64,000 bases of DNA from a virus, in the IMG/VR virus record IMGVR_UViG_3300027747_004779, positions 93,858-157,857 of that record; one strand, written 5' to 3'. Below the pieces are notes generated by a model, which was not told the DNA's origin, did no database searches, and saw only the letters and a program-made list of their open reading frames with translations. Both the position numbers and the translations under genes were made by a program. How positions within the stretch are numbered: the first letter of the stretch is position 1; every line of letters starts with the position of its first letter. Below are positions 48,834-58,271 of the stretch, piece after piece.

Positions 48834-51092
48834 TTATAGCTTACAGGCACCACTAGAGCAATCAGCTTCTTTGTTTGTTGACTGCTCTTTATCACCATCA
48901 TCTGTATTGTTGTAATATAAGCTTATGAGTCCCATACTATAAGCATACATTAACTCTTTCATTACTCTAGCATCAGGTAAAACATTATTTTCATAATGAC
49001 TGTAATTATAATAAATGTTTGTAGAAATAGCCATGTCAATATATTTCTGAATAACAGCATTAACATTTATAATACCTGTATTATCTTTAAAGTTATAAGC
49101 TAGTTCGTAGTTACTATCAAATTTACCAATACCCGGGACTAATACCGGCAACTTACCCATCTTAGATGTTTTATACGTCATTAAAGAGCGTACAGGTTCA
49201 ACGCCGTTAGTAGAGCTTTGAATAACGGAACTTGATTCACAAGGCATACAGCATGATAATGTTGAATGACGTAAGCCATGCTCTTTTATTTCTTTTCTTA
49301 ATACTTCCCAATCTAGGTCGAGCTTTCTTTTACAAATAGTATCAACATTCTTTTTATATGTATCGATAGGTAGAATACCTTTAGCATATTTTGTATGCTC
49401 ATACTTCTCACATCTACCTCTTTCTTTTGCAAGGTTTAGACTTGATTTTAAAAGATAATATTGGAAATGCTCCATATATTCATCAAGCAAACTTAATGCT
49501 TGCTTGGAGTCATATGATACTTCGTTCTTTGCAAAAAAAGCAGCAAGATTAGTAATACCAATGCCTAAGCTGCGTCTCTTCTTAGCAAAATTTTCTGCTG
49601 CCTTATTAAAGTATGTCTGTATATCAATAATTTCCTCTAAGAAGCGAACAATTAAATCAGTAGTCTTTTCTAAGTCTTTCCAGTCCTTTATTTCAAGCAT
49701 ATTAATGGCAGATAAAATACACATACCAATTTCTGCATCTGGGTCATGATAGTCATTAAGAGGTATAGTAGGATGAATGACTTCTGTGCAAAGATTACTC
49801 ATAGTAATCTTATCTAACCATGAACTATGCTCATTAGCGGTATCGACATTGAGAATATAAATTCTACCTGTCTCTACACGCTCTTTAACAATAAGAGAGA
49901 AAAGCTTTCTCGCGGAAATCTTCTTTTTTATCTTTATTTTTCTATCTACTTCACATTCTTCGTATACTTTATTAAATTTAGAAGTACCCCATGCTTCGTA
50001 AAGATGCGGTACTTCGTGCGGACTAAATAACGTTAAATCCTCATTCTTAATAACTCTGTCATAAAATAACTTTGACATACCTACTGTATAATCTAATTTT
50101 CTTACTCTATTATCATCTGTACCTGCGTTGTTCTTTAAAACAACAATATCGTCGATCTCGTAATGCCACCATTGAATATTGGTAGTTGCTGAACCGCCTC
50201 GGAGGCCATTTTGCTGCCATGCTTTTACTGAAGCCTCAAATATCTTTAAGAAAGGAATAATACCTGTGTGTACTACTTCACCATTATTAACTGGTGAGCC
50301 AATTGCTCTTATTTTAGACACATCAATGCCAATACCACAACGACTTGCAGTAGCAATTGATACCGCTGTTCCGGATGCTGTGATAGATTCTTTATTATCG
50401 TCAACTCCGATCAAGCAGCAGCTAGCATAACTTTTAGAATTTGTTCTCAATCCTGCCATAATAGGAGTCGGTAAATTTATTTTATGTCTTGATATAGCGT
50501 TATAAAAACGATGAACATATTCTAAACGAGTCTCCTTGGGGTAATTTATAAACGCATATGCAGCGATTAATACATATGCAAATTGTGGTGTTTCAAAAAT
50601 TTTTCCTGTAACACGATTTTTGATGAGGTATTTGTCACATAACTGCTTTATACCCGCGTATGTAAAATTTAAATCTCTATCGTGATCGACAAATTCACCG
50701 ATTTTGTTTATTTCATCTTCTGAGTATTTTTCAATAATAGCACCATCGTAAACTTTCTTTTTTATACCTGCATGTATTACGTCAATAAGTCGAGGGGCAT
50801 GTTTTCCACCCCATACATCTTTTCTAAGCTGATAATTGAGTAGCCGGCTGGCTACATATTGATAGTTTGGTTTTTCAAGAGAAATTAAATTAGCGGCCGA
50901 ATCGATAATAACTTGATGAATGTCTTGCGTTGTTATATTTTCTGTAATATTGAGTTTTGCATTAATTTCAACCTCTGATAAACTAACACCCGAAATCCCT
51001 TCTGTAGCCCAGTTTATTACTTTATTAATTTTTTCAATATTAAATTTTTCAAACTCCCCGCTTCGCTTCTTAATCATTATTTGTGTGTTCAT
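48834..51092 (-). CDS. nrdA: ribonucleotide reductase class Ia alpha subunit with ATP cone
   Basis: IKKRSG, PTPIMAG, SCCLI, SNLCTE, MPCESSS, C-terminal CSSGACKL. Confidence 0.96.
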   Translation of the reverse strand: MNTQIMIKKRSGEFEKFNIEKINKVINWATEGISGVSLSEVEINAKLNITENITTQDIHQVIIDSAANLISLEKPNYQYVASRLLNYQLRKDVWGGKHAPRLIDVIHAGIKKKVYDGAIIEKYSEDEINKIGEFVDHDRDLNFTYAGIKQLCDKYLIKNRVTGKIFETPQFAYVLIAAYAFINYPKETRLEYVHRFYNAISRHKINLPTPIMAGLRTNSKSYASCCLIGVDDNKESITASGTAVSIATASRCGIGIDVSKIRAIGSPVNNGEVVHTGIIPFLKIFEASVKAWQQNGLRGGSATTNIQWWHYEIDDIVVLKNNAGTDDNRVRKLDYTVGMSKLFYDRVIKNEDLTLFSPHEVPHLYEAWGTSKFNKVYEECEVDRKIKIKKKISARKLFSLIVKERVETGRIYILNVDTANEHSSWLDKITMSNLCTEVIHPTIPLNDYHDPDAEIGMCILSAINMLEIKDWKDLEKTTDLIVRFLEEIIDIQTYFNKAAENFAKKRRSLGIGITNLAAFFAKNEVSYDSKQALSLLDEYMEHFQYYLLKSSLNLAKERGRCEKYEHTKYAKGILPIDTYKKNVDTICKRKLDLDWEVLRKEIKEHGLRHSTLSCCMPCESSSVIQSSTNGVEPVRSLMTYKTSKMGKLPVLVPGIGKFDSNYELAYNFKDNTGIINVNAVIQKYIDMAISTNIYYNYSHYENNVLPDARVMKELMYAYSMGLISLYYNNTDDGDKEQSTNKEADCSSGACKL

Positions 51093-51136
51093 GGGTACTA
51101 GAAAAAGTATTTAATCTTTCTTACAAAGAAAAAAAA

Positions 51137-51718
51137 TTAAAAATTATAATTTTTTACTACGGAGTGAATAAAGTTTTTTGTTGTTGTATTGTATATATTT
51201 TTATTACTTAAAACATAAATAACAAAATACCCTAGCGCCTGAAATCCGTTAACAGAGTTAACATCTAACATGTTTGTATATAAATCATTTTGCTTTAATT
51301 TAGTATTCGAAAAAATATCGAGGTGCTCACTGTCAATGGGGTATATACCTTTACGTAAATAAGCAAAACAATTGTTACAGCTTAAATTATATTCATTAAG
51401 TAACTCCACATAATATTCCTTATTAATTTTTTCACCGCTCGATGTACCGAGCGCTTCGAGCTTATTAACTAGATAATTAAACTTAGAGTTAAGATTTATT
51501 TTTACCCCTCTAAAAAATTTGGGCATTATTGATTCACCGGGTACAAGATGAATAACATTAACAGGATTATATTCCGGCTTTATAATCAAACGCTTTTGAT
51601 CATATAGATTTTTTAATTGAAACCCCAGTAAGCAAAGTGGGTAGTCTCTATCTTCAAGATAAGAAAAAGAATCAATATCGAGCGGCTGCTCAGCGAGATC
51701 GGTATCTAACAAATTCAT
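51137..51718 (-). CDS. hypothetical protein
   Basis: 193-aa ORF. Confidence 0.55.
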   Translation of the reverse strand: MNLLDTDLAEQPLDIDSFSYLEDRDYPLCLLGFQLKNLYDQKRLIIKPEYNPVNVIHLVPGESIMPKFFRGVKINLNSKFNYLVNKLEALGTSSGEKINKEYYVELLNEYNLSCNNCFAYLRKGIYPIDSEHLDIFSNTKLKQNDLYTNMLDVNSVNGFQALGYFVIYVLSNKNIYNTTTKNFIHSVVKNYNF

Positions 51719-51748
51719 AACTCGATTATATGAACTTGTTTATCTATA

Positions 51749-52240
51749 TCAACCCTTAAAGTGTCTCAAGAATTCTGTAAGTAATACAACCGCTACAGAC
51801 GTTAATGAAGCGAGTACGGATGTTGTAAGCGCAGTCTTAAAGTTCCATGCACTTGAATTTTCCGAATTACGGCGTCCGAATTCACTCGCTATTTGTGCAG
51901 AAATATTGTTAAACCGCTCAGTAACAACTTCAGTTACATGTTTAAACTTAAGTTCCATTTCTTTTTCGAGATTAACTAGCTTGTCATCAAAATTATTATC
52001 TAAATTTTTAACTTTATCATTTACAAAATTCACTAAATCGCCTGTACGCGCTTTTATTTCACCCTCAAGATTTTCAATTTGTGATTCAAGAGTTTCGTGA
52101 TGAGATTTTAATTTACCCTCAAGATTTGATAGCTGTGTAACAATAGAAGGCTTCCCGTTACCTTGATAAATTGCTTTATAAACTTGCTGCACTTCATCCT
52201 GCAGTTTTTTTACTGTTGAGCTTCCAGATCTCTTACGCAT
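51749..52240 (-). CDS. coiled-coil protein with C-terminal hydrophobic helix
   Basis: GNGKP, heptads, TM-like TALTTSVLASLTSVAVVLL. Confidence 0.55.
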   Translation of the reverse strand: MRKRSGSSTVKKLQDEVQQVYKAIYQGNGKPSIVTQLSNLEGKLKSHHETLESQIENLEGEIKARTGDLVNFVNDKVKNLDNNFDDKLVNLEKEMELKFKHVTEVVTERFNNISAQIASEFGRRNSENSSAWNFKTALTTSVLASLTSVAVVLLTEFLRHFKG

Positions 52241-52241
52241 A

Positions 52242-52475
52242 TTACCTTACCTGAAATGAATATGACAAAATTCCTTTTGGTAAAGAGTAAACCTTTCCAC
52301 GAAGGGAACCAGTCTGATCTTTGACAACAATTGTCATTTTATTTTGTGTAACTACAGGGCCATTAACTATTTCCACATTACCAAGATTAATAGTATATGA
52401 CTTAATACCTTTTCTAATATCAAAAACATTTACCTTATTTTTTCCTGATAAAACTGCAGAATAGAGCTTCTCCAT
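52242..52475 (-). CDS. small late hypothetical protein
   Basis: ATAAATA upstream. Confidence 0.55.
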   Translation of the reverse strand: MEKLYSAVLSGKNKVNVFDIRKGIKSYTINLGNVEIVNGPVVTQNKMTIVVKDQTGSLRGKVYSLPKGILSYSFQVR

Positions 52476-52527
52476 ATTAAGTATTTATCGTTGTTAACCA
52501 GAAAAAATGCATAAATAATATAAACAT

Positions 52528-53718
52528 ATGGCAGATACAATTACAAAAATTTTAATTAGACAGGGAACAGATGTACAAAGACGTACAGCAGATTTAACAG
52601 GTGTTGTTTTTAGTAGCGGTGAGCCAGGCTATTGTGTTGATACAAAGCGACTATTTATTGGTGATGGAAGTACCCCTGGTGGATTTGCTATCGGTATTCA
52701 AAACCTTGGCTCCGTTGGCACACTATACGGAACTTGGCAAAACGGTTTTTCATTTGATGCAATAACACAGTTTAACAACAAAGGTGCTTTTGTTGGAGAT
52801 ATTATCTATGATAGAGATACACGTGGATTATATTCACTAACTAGCGTTACTACATTTCCACCACTGACAACAGACATCGTTAAGTATGATTTTGCTACAT
52901 TAATTAATAATCAACAATTTGTGTATGATGAAAATAACACACTCAATATTAAAAACGGCGGTGTAGGTAACAATCAGCTAAGTCTTAGCATTGTTGACGG
53001 TGTAACATTATTTAAACCTGCATATAGTTCGCCAATGTCTATTAAGCAGGGTGGTGTAGATAATACGCGACTCGCTTTCGTACCACCAAATACCCTTAAG
53101 GGTAATAATTCGTATTATGATGCTTACCCTCAAGACTTAGATATCGGGGCAGGATGTGTAGTCGGTAGAACTAACACCTCGCAACTTACTGCATTTCCTT
53201 TTAGCGTTATACTTTCTGAAGCAACATTTAATTATACAAACGGTATAATTGTTGATCAAGCTGCAACCCCGCCGGTCTTTAAGCTGGATGAAACATATTT
53301 TACTGTTGGTGGTAACAGTATTACATTGCGCAAGGCAACAACAGTTAGCCAGGCGTTCACAGTTAATAATAATGCTACTGTTAACGGTACATTTCGTTGT
53401 ACCGGTGATATTGTTGCATACTATGCGCCTTCCGATATAAATCTAAAAGAAGACTTTAAACAAATTGAATCACCTTTACAGAAAATACTTAACATCACGG
53501 GATATAGCTTTACATGGAAAAAGGGAATACAAAATAGCGACATTCTTGTTGGTAGGGACTATGGTGTAATTGCGCAAGAAGTAGAGAAAGAATTACCAGA
53601 GGTTGTAGCTACACGTGAAGATGGAACAAAGTCGGTAAGTTATATTAAATTAATACCTTTGCTAATTGAAAGTATTAAAGAGCTTAAAAAAGAAATTGAC
53701 TCTTTAAAAAGTAAATGA
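52528..53718 (+). CDS. tail fibre with C-terminal S74 intramolecular chaperone
   Basis: GEPGY..DT.RL.IGDG N-terminus; SD..LK, F.WK, GVIAQEVE..PEVV, V.Y..L. Confidence 0.85.
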   Translation: MADTITKILIRQGTDVQRRTADLTGVVFSSGEPGYCVDTKRLFIGDGSTPGGFAIGIQNLGSVGTLYGTWQNGFSFDAITQFNNKGAFVGDIIYDRDTRGLYSLTSVTTFPPLTTDIVKYDFATLINNQQFVYDENNTLNIKNGGVGNNQLSLSIVDGVTLFKPAYSSPMSIKQGGVDNTRLAFVPPNTLKGNNSYYDAYPQDLDIGAGCVVGRTNTSQLTAFPFSVILSEATFNYTNGIIVDQAATPPVFKLDETYFTVGGNSITLRKATTVSQAFTVNNNATVNGTFRCTGDIVAYYAPSDINLKEDFKQIESPLQKILNITGYSFTWKKGIQNSDILVGRDYGVIAQEVEKELPEVVATREDGTKSVSYIKLIPLLIESIKELKKEIDSLKSK

Positions 53719-53912
53719 AGTTCGAAGAAACAATAAAAAGGCTTCTAGAAGGGTTTATTGAATTCCCTCAATCACAAGCAGCTCCAAGTACCGGACCAGA
53801 TCAGGGCATGACATCAGGAGATCAGCAAAATACATTTCCCAGTAAGATGGAAACATTACAATTAAAATTACCTAAGAAAAAAAAGAAGAAAAAAATTAAC
53901 GAACGTTCTTAA
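53715..53912 (+). CDS. small putative internal head peptide with poly-Lys tail
   Basis: MKFEETIKRLLE...NTFPS...LPKKKKKKK. Confidence 0.55.
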   Translation: MKFEETIKRLLEGFIEFPQSQAAPSTGPDQGMTSGDQQNTFPSKMETLQLKLPKKKKKKKINERS

Positions 53913-54429
53913 GAAATGTATGATGACCGATTGTATTGGTTACAACAGCTTCAATATTTTTACCACCAACTGTTGGGTTACTCCATTTAGGCGCTACTTT
54001 ACCGGGACCACTTGATACATGATAATGTGTTGCACCATCTGTAATATCTTTGAGCTTACCGGATAATCCTGCAAGAGCTACTTCGCGCGCTTTAGCCCAA
54101 TTAGAGTGTTTTGAGGCGCGTTGAATAATTTGACTCATTTCCTCTTTACCTACATTATAATTATTAAAAAAACTAAATTGCTTAGGTTTTAAAACATTGC
54201 TTACAGCACTACGTACAAGGTCATTGGATCCTTTTGCTCTGTTTACAATAACATTCATTACAGCATGCATACCCTTTTCACCTTCCCCACCTGCTTCACC
54301 AATTAATGCTGCTGCAATTACATCGATGTTTGTAATAGGTGCTTGAGCTTTCTGTACAATAGCTGGAGGTTGTGGAGGTAGGTCAACAGCTGCTTCTAAA
54401 AGCTTCTCAAATATCTCTTTAAATCGCAC
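53896..54429 (-). CDS. SleB/Hydrolase_2 cell-wall hydrolase
   Basis: EAGGEG..GM.AV..VI.NR, QFS, GATHYH, IGHHTF; MRFKEIFEKLLE N-terminus. Confidence 0.85.
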   Translation of the reverse strand: MRFKEIFEKLLEAAVDLPPQPPAIVQKAQAPITNIDVIAAALIGEAGGEGEKGMHAVMNVIVNRAKGSNDLVRSAVSNVLKPKQFSFFNNYNVGKEEMSQIIQRASKHSNWAKAREVALAGLSGKLKDITDGATHYHVSSGPGKVAPKWSNPTVGGKNIEAVVTNTIGHHTFLKNVR

Positions 54430-54437
54430 CTAATTAT

Positions 54438-55013
54438 TTAATTTAAAACAGCGACCTTTACAATTTTTGGATGTGAGTCTGCAAAATCAATAGCATCACT
54501 TTTATTAACAAAGAATACATCAATAACAGGAAGTTTACCACCAGATGCCACCTTATCTTTAACTGCAGTACCGGTGTCAACTGCTTTAACAAGACCAACG
54601 TTAGGTATAATAACTTCTTTATCATAGGGAATAATACGCGGATCCACGGCAATAGAATCGCCTTGCTTAAGTGTATAACCTGTTGAGCTTCTCATTCTAC
54701 GACTATCAGCATCTGTACCACTACCGCGAGCCCAATAAACAGTTAATCTTACAGTAAGTACTTTATATTCACTACTATCAGTCTTCGGAATAAAGGTACC
54801 ATTATATTTTATACCGTCTTTCTTTACTTCTATCTTTTTAGCGACCTCTTGTTCTTTTGTAGGTGTTAATGCCTTTAGCTCTTTTTTTACATCACTAACT
54901 GTTAGCTTTTTCTCTATACGCTGAAAAGCAGACATGCTTATAGGATTAGCAGTTAGAATTAAACCAACTATTATTAGGACTAGCTTGTTTGTTTTTGTGT
55001 TTTTTGTTTTCAT
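54438..55013 (-). CDS. 3D-domain (MltA-like) protein with N-terminal signal/anchor
   Basis: AVDPRIIPY, AVDTG.AV, IDVF; hydrophobic N-terminus. Confidence 0.8.
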   Translation of the reverse strand: MKTKNTKTNKLVLIIVGLILTANPISMSAFQRIEKKLTVSDVKKELKALTPTKEQEVAKKIEVKKDGIKYNGTFIPKTDSSEYKVLTVRLTVYWARGSGTDADSRRMRSSTGYTLKQGDSIAVDPRIIPYDKEVIIPNVGLVKAVDTGTAVKDKVASGGKLPVIDVFFVNKSDAIDFADSHPKIVKVAVLN

Positions 55014-55071
55014 AAATTAAAAAGAAGTCGCTTTGCGACAGGCCTTAAAGGCGTAATGTGTGTTTTAATAT

Positions 55072-55533
55072 TTAATCTAGTCTAACGGATTCCCAAGGAA
55101 AGTCAAGCCATATATTGTCGTCAAATTCTTTAATATAGAAATTAGGAATAAATTGTGTCGACTTTTTAATATAAAGAGTTGCAAATTTAAAGTTTGTAAA
55201 CTCACATGATTCAAAATAATCCTTTGCAGCTAGAAGTGTTTTACCTTTATCAGAAAGGTCGTCAACAATAACTACCCTCTTTTCTCTAAATTCTGAATTA
55301 AATTTAAACCCTGGTATCTGACCAAATTCTAACTCCCCTGCTGTAAATTCACTATAAGATTTAATAGCAAAATTAACAACCGGTATATCATATATGTAAG
55401 AAATAATAGTACCGGGAACTAGGCCGCCGCGACCAATAGCAGCTATAGCATCACACGGTCCAATTAAATTTGCTAATTCTTTGCAGTCTTTATTAACCTG
55501 CTCCCAGGTTAAATTAATACGTTCAGGCATCAA
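55072..55533 (-). CDS. type I purine phosphoribosyltransferase (Gpt-like)
   Basis: RGGLVP, VVIVDDLSDKGKT, W..FPWE. Confidence 0.85.
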   Translation of the reverse strand: MMPERINLTWEQVNKDCKELANLIGPCDAIAAIGRGGLVPGTIISYIYDIPVVNFAIKSYSEFTAGELEFGQIPGFKFNSEFREKRVVIVDDLSDKGKTLLAAKDYFESCEFTNFKFATLYIKKSTQFIPNFYIKEFDDNIWLDFPWESVRLD

Positions 55534-55560
55534 TATATTATATTTTAAAATCTAAAATAA

Positions 55561-55836
55561 TCAAACTTTATCAAATATATTTGCTATATCTTTGTGAAGA
55601 GTATTCATATTAACCATAATATATTCATAATCTTCTTTGAGACCGCGGGCAGCTCTCTTGGACATATTGTTGAGCTCTAAAGCAATTCGCTTCTTTAATG
55701 CATCTGCCTTCTCTTCATTCTCACTTCTTACACTACTGTATTCGCGAGGTGAATATGTATATGAATCGGTATTACGTGTGGTATGATTAATACCAGCGTT
55801 ATATGCTTCTGCTATAGCTTTATGATCCGGGGTCAC
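55561..55836 (-). CDS. putative internal head protein
   Basis: MTPDHKAIAEAY N-terminal motif. Confidence 0.5.
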   Translation of the reverse strand: MTPDHKAIAEAYNAGINHTTRNTDSYTYSPREYSSVRSENEEKADALKKRIALELNNMSKRAARGLKEDYEYIMVNMNTLHKDIANIFDKV

Positions 55837-55851
55837 CTAAATACTTATGCT

Positions 55852-56085
55852 GTGGCTGACCACGAATCTATAAAAAAACGTAAAGCTACAGCTAAAAGAA
55901 TACTTAGAAATATTGATTTTTATAAGGTTTGTGTTGGTTGTGAATCTGTAATTTACAGAGAAGATATTTTTTGCCCGGTATGTGATGCGTATAGGTTCAA
56001 CGAAGATATAGATTATATTAAGAAAGTAGTTGAAGTGTTAGCTAATAAAGAGCAATCAACTATATTACCGGACGATTTTATCTAA
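55852..56085 (+). CDS. small zinc-ribbon protein
   Basis: CVGC...CPVC; GTG start after TAAATA. Confidence 0.55.
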   Translation: MADHESIKKRKATAKRILRNIDFYKVCVGCESVIYREDIFCPVCDAYRFNEDIDYIKKVVEVLANKEQSTILPDDFI

Positions 56086-56226
56086 GGGAATGTAGTCGTT
56101 AAGATATCTGGAAAGCAAAATAACCCTTTTCATCATTTCATCTTTTTTCATACCTTTATTTTTTTTAGCCTTCTCGTAAAGGTCTAAAATTTCATCTGCG
56201 GTGACTTTTTTTCTGTCCACCTTCAT
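56065..56226 (-). CDS. small basic protein
   Basis: ATG 56226 (MKVDRKK) after TAAATA. Confidence 0.45.
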   Translation of the reverse strand: MKVDRKKVTADEILDLYEKAKKNKGMKKDEMMKRVILLSRYLNDYIPLDKIVR

Positions 56227-56283
56227 AATAATATTTAATCTTATTCTAGTTGCATTCCTATGCAAGCATCATAATATAAACAT

Positions 56284-56478
56284 ATGTCAAACATCAATCC
56301 TCTCACACTACAAGAACATGTCGCAACCTTCACTGCCGAATACGAAAAGTTTTCTGGTGGTAACAATGCCGCTGGTACTCGTGCCCGTAAAGCTCTTCAA
56401 GAAGTAATTAAGTTTGCTCGCGAAGCACGTAAGGGTGTTCAAGAAGAAAAGAACGCTCGTAAAGCTTCTAAGTCTTAA
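56284..56478 (+). CDS. Hc1/histone-H1-like small basic protein
   Basis: GNNAAGTRARKAL...RK.VQEEKN. Confidence 0.7.
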   Translation: MSNINPLTLQEHVATFTAEYEKFSGGNNAAGTRARKALQEVIKFAREARKGVQEEKNARKASKS

Positions 56479-56813
56479 GCTTTCTTTGCTAAACGCTTCC
56501 GTTCATTTCGGTGGACGGAAGCTATAGCTTGTACAACTTGAGTTGCGCGATCTAAATTGTCTACAGTTCTATAAATCGCTTCAACAATATCGTAAGCTGC
56601 ATGTATAGCTTTACGATCTGTATCAACATCCTCAAGAGTTATTGATTTTGTCTTATTAGGTTTTTCGGCATCTTCTGCTTTAATGGCTCCTGCTACAGGT
56701 CCTGTTGGCTTAGAAATTGCTTGTGCTAGAGGCGATGTCTTATTAATAGGAGGTGCAACCGGTACACCGGGCATTGAATAAGCTTCATATATAAGATGAC
56801 AGTCCTTATGCAT
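56475..56813 (-). CDS. putative internal head protein
   Basis: ATAAATA; MHKDCHLIYEAY. Confidence 0.55.
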   Translation of the reverse strand: MHKDCHLIYEAYSMPGVPVAPPINKTSPLAQAISKPTGPVAGAIKAEDAEKPNKTKSITLEDVDTDRKAIHAAYDIVEAIYRTVDNLDRATQVVQAIASVHRNERKRLAKKA

Positions 56814-56848
56814 ATTAATATTTATGTAAATAATAAATAATATTACAT

Positions 56849-57718
56849 ATGGCTGATATAACTATCTCTGGATTAGATGCTGCAGTACCTCCTGCGGGAG
56901 CTGTTATTCCGTTTTCTGATGGAACGACTACAAATAAGGTCGACATTAATAGTATTGTGGGATTAACTACAAACGGTACTTTTAGAGGAACTCTTCAAAG
57001 AGGCTCTTATGGCTCTTTGTCAGTTGCAGGATCTACTAATACATGGGCTGGTATAGACTTTACTGATGCTTCTGCCACGTTGATGGTACGTACTTCAGAT
57101 CAATATTCTGGTATATTTAAAACTAACAATGCATGGATATGGGCATTTGACGGGAGCGGTAATTTGGTAACTGGAGCTATTCCATGGGCCAATATTACCG
57201 GTAAACCAACAAATACAGGCTTAGGGGGCATGCAGGCTTTTACTTCTGGAAGTGGGACATGGACAGTACCAACAAGTGTAACAAAAATTAAGGTAACAGT
57301 TGTTGGTGGTGGAGGGGGAGGTGCTGGAAACACACAAAACGGTGGTACCGGGGGTAGTTCTTTAGCTACATATTCTGGCGTAACTATTACAGGCTATGGT
57401 GGTACCGGTACCAGCGCGGGGGGATCAGCTTCAGGAGGAGATTTAAATATTGCCGGTGGAGTGCCAACATCTAGGTCAAACTCCGGAGGCGGTTCAATAT
57501 TTAATAATAACAGTTACGGTACGGGTGGTAATTCAAACGCTGTAGTTTGGTCTAGTGGAGGGGGAGGCGGTGGGGCAGGCGGTGTAGCTATAAAATATTT
57601 TTCAGTAACACCAGGCACTACATTAGATTACTCGGTAGGTGGTGGTGGGAGTAGAGGAAGCAACGGTACATATAGTGGGACTAGCGGTATCGGCGGTATT
57701 GTAATAATTGAATGGTAG
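56849..57718 (+). CDS. adhesin/fibre, anchor plus Gly-rich domain
   Basis: MADITISGL anchor; WTVP..VTKIKV..GGGG...IIEW. Confidence 0.7.
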   Translation: MADITISGLDAAVPPAGAVIPFSDGTTTNKVDINSIVGLTTNGTFRGTLQRGSYGSLSVAGSTNTWAGIDFTDASATLMVRTSDQYSGIFKTNNAWIWAFDGSGNLVTGAIPWANITGKPTNTGLGGMQAFTSGSGTWTVPTSVTKIKVTVVGGGGGGAGNTQNGGTGGSSLATYSGVTITGYGGTGTSAGGSASGGDLNIAGGVPTSRSNSGGGSIFNNNSYGTGGNSNAVVWSSGGGGGGAGGVAIKYFSVTPGTTLDYSVGGGGSRGSNGTYSGTSGIGGIVIIEW

Positions 57719-57913
57719 TTACCAATGGTGTATAGCGTTTGCTATAATAAAACCACACGTAATAAAGTTAACTAAAACAATAAGCGTACGAATTAAGAGA
57801 CTAATGTTTGCATCTCGTACCCTTAGTGTAGGTACATCCGGCTTACATTCATCGGTTAAACCTACTCGATGATCTACCGCTCGTGACCAAATAAGCCAAA
57901 GCTTAGTAAACAT
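57719..57913 (-). CDS. small membrane protein
   Basis: C-terminal TM segment IRTLIVLVNFITCGFIIAN. Confidence 0.5.
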   Translation of the reverse strand: MFTKLWLIWSRAVDHRVGLTDECKPDVPTLRVRDANISLLIRTLIVLVNFITCGFIIANAIHHW

Positions 57914-58050
57914 TAATATTTCTTACGCTTGGTGCCTTTATCAGAACGCTGGGCCCGAGCCTTCTTTATACCACAAGCATTACGCAAATACTTTGCATAG
58001 CTTTTATTTGCACTGTTACCGTAATATCCAATAATTTTACTTGTTGCCAT
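57913..58050 (-). CDS. 45-aa basic peptide
   Basis: Hand-translated MATSKIIG...RAQRSDKGTKRKKY; TAATG coupling. Confidence 0.45.
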   Translation of the reverse strand: MATSKIIGYYGNSANKSYAKYLRNACGIKKARAQRSDKGTKRKKY

Positions 58051-58074
58051 ATCCTTTATGATAAAGGAATAATA

Positions 58075-58233
58075 TTATTTTTCAAATGTTTTTTTAACAA
58101 GTAACTCTTGTTGTCTCTTGAGCACTTGCTGTACATATTGACATTGAGCCTGACCGCCCAGCTTCTCTATAACAGCTTCACATTCTTTGAGAGAAAGCTT
58201 ATTAACTTTCTTCTTCTTTGCTTTTTCGGACAT
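58075..58233 (-). CDS. 52-aa late protein
   Basis: Hand-translated MSEKAKKKKVNK...TFEK; TAAATA upstream. Confidence 0.45.
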   Translation of the reverse strand: MSEKAKKKKVNKLSLKECEAVIEKLGGQAQCQYVQQVLKRQQELLVKKTFEK

Positions 58234-58271
58234 ACAATTATTTAGTCTTTAATATAACATAAATAATCAAT

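Noticed and set aside
47758-51092. Introns or inteins in RNR genes
   Set aside because: Both ORFs are continuous and of normal length
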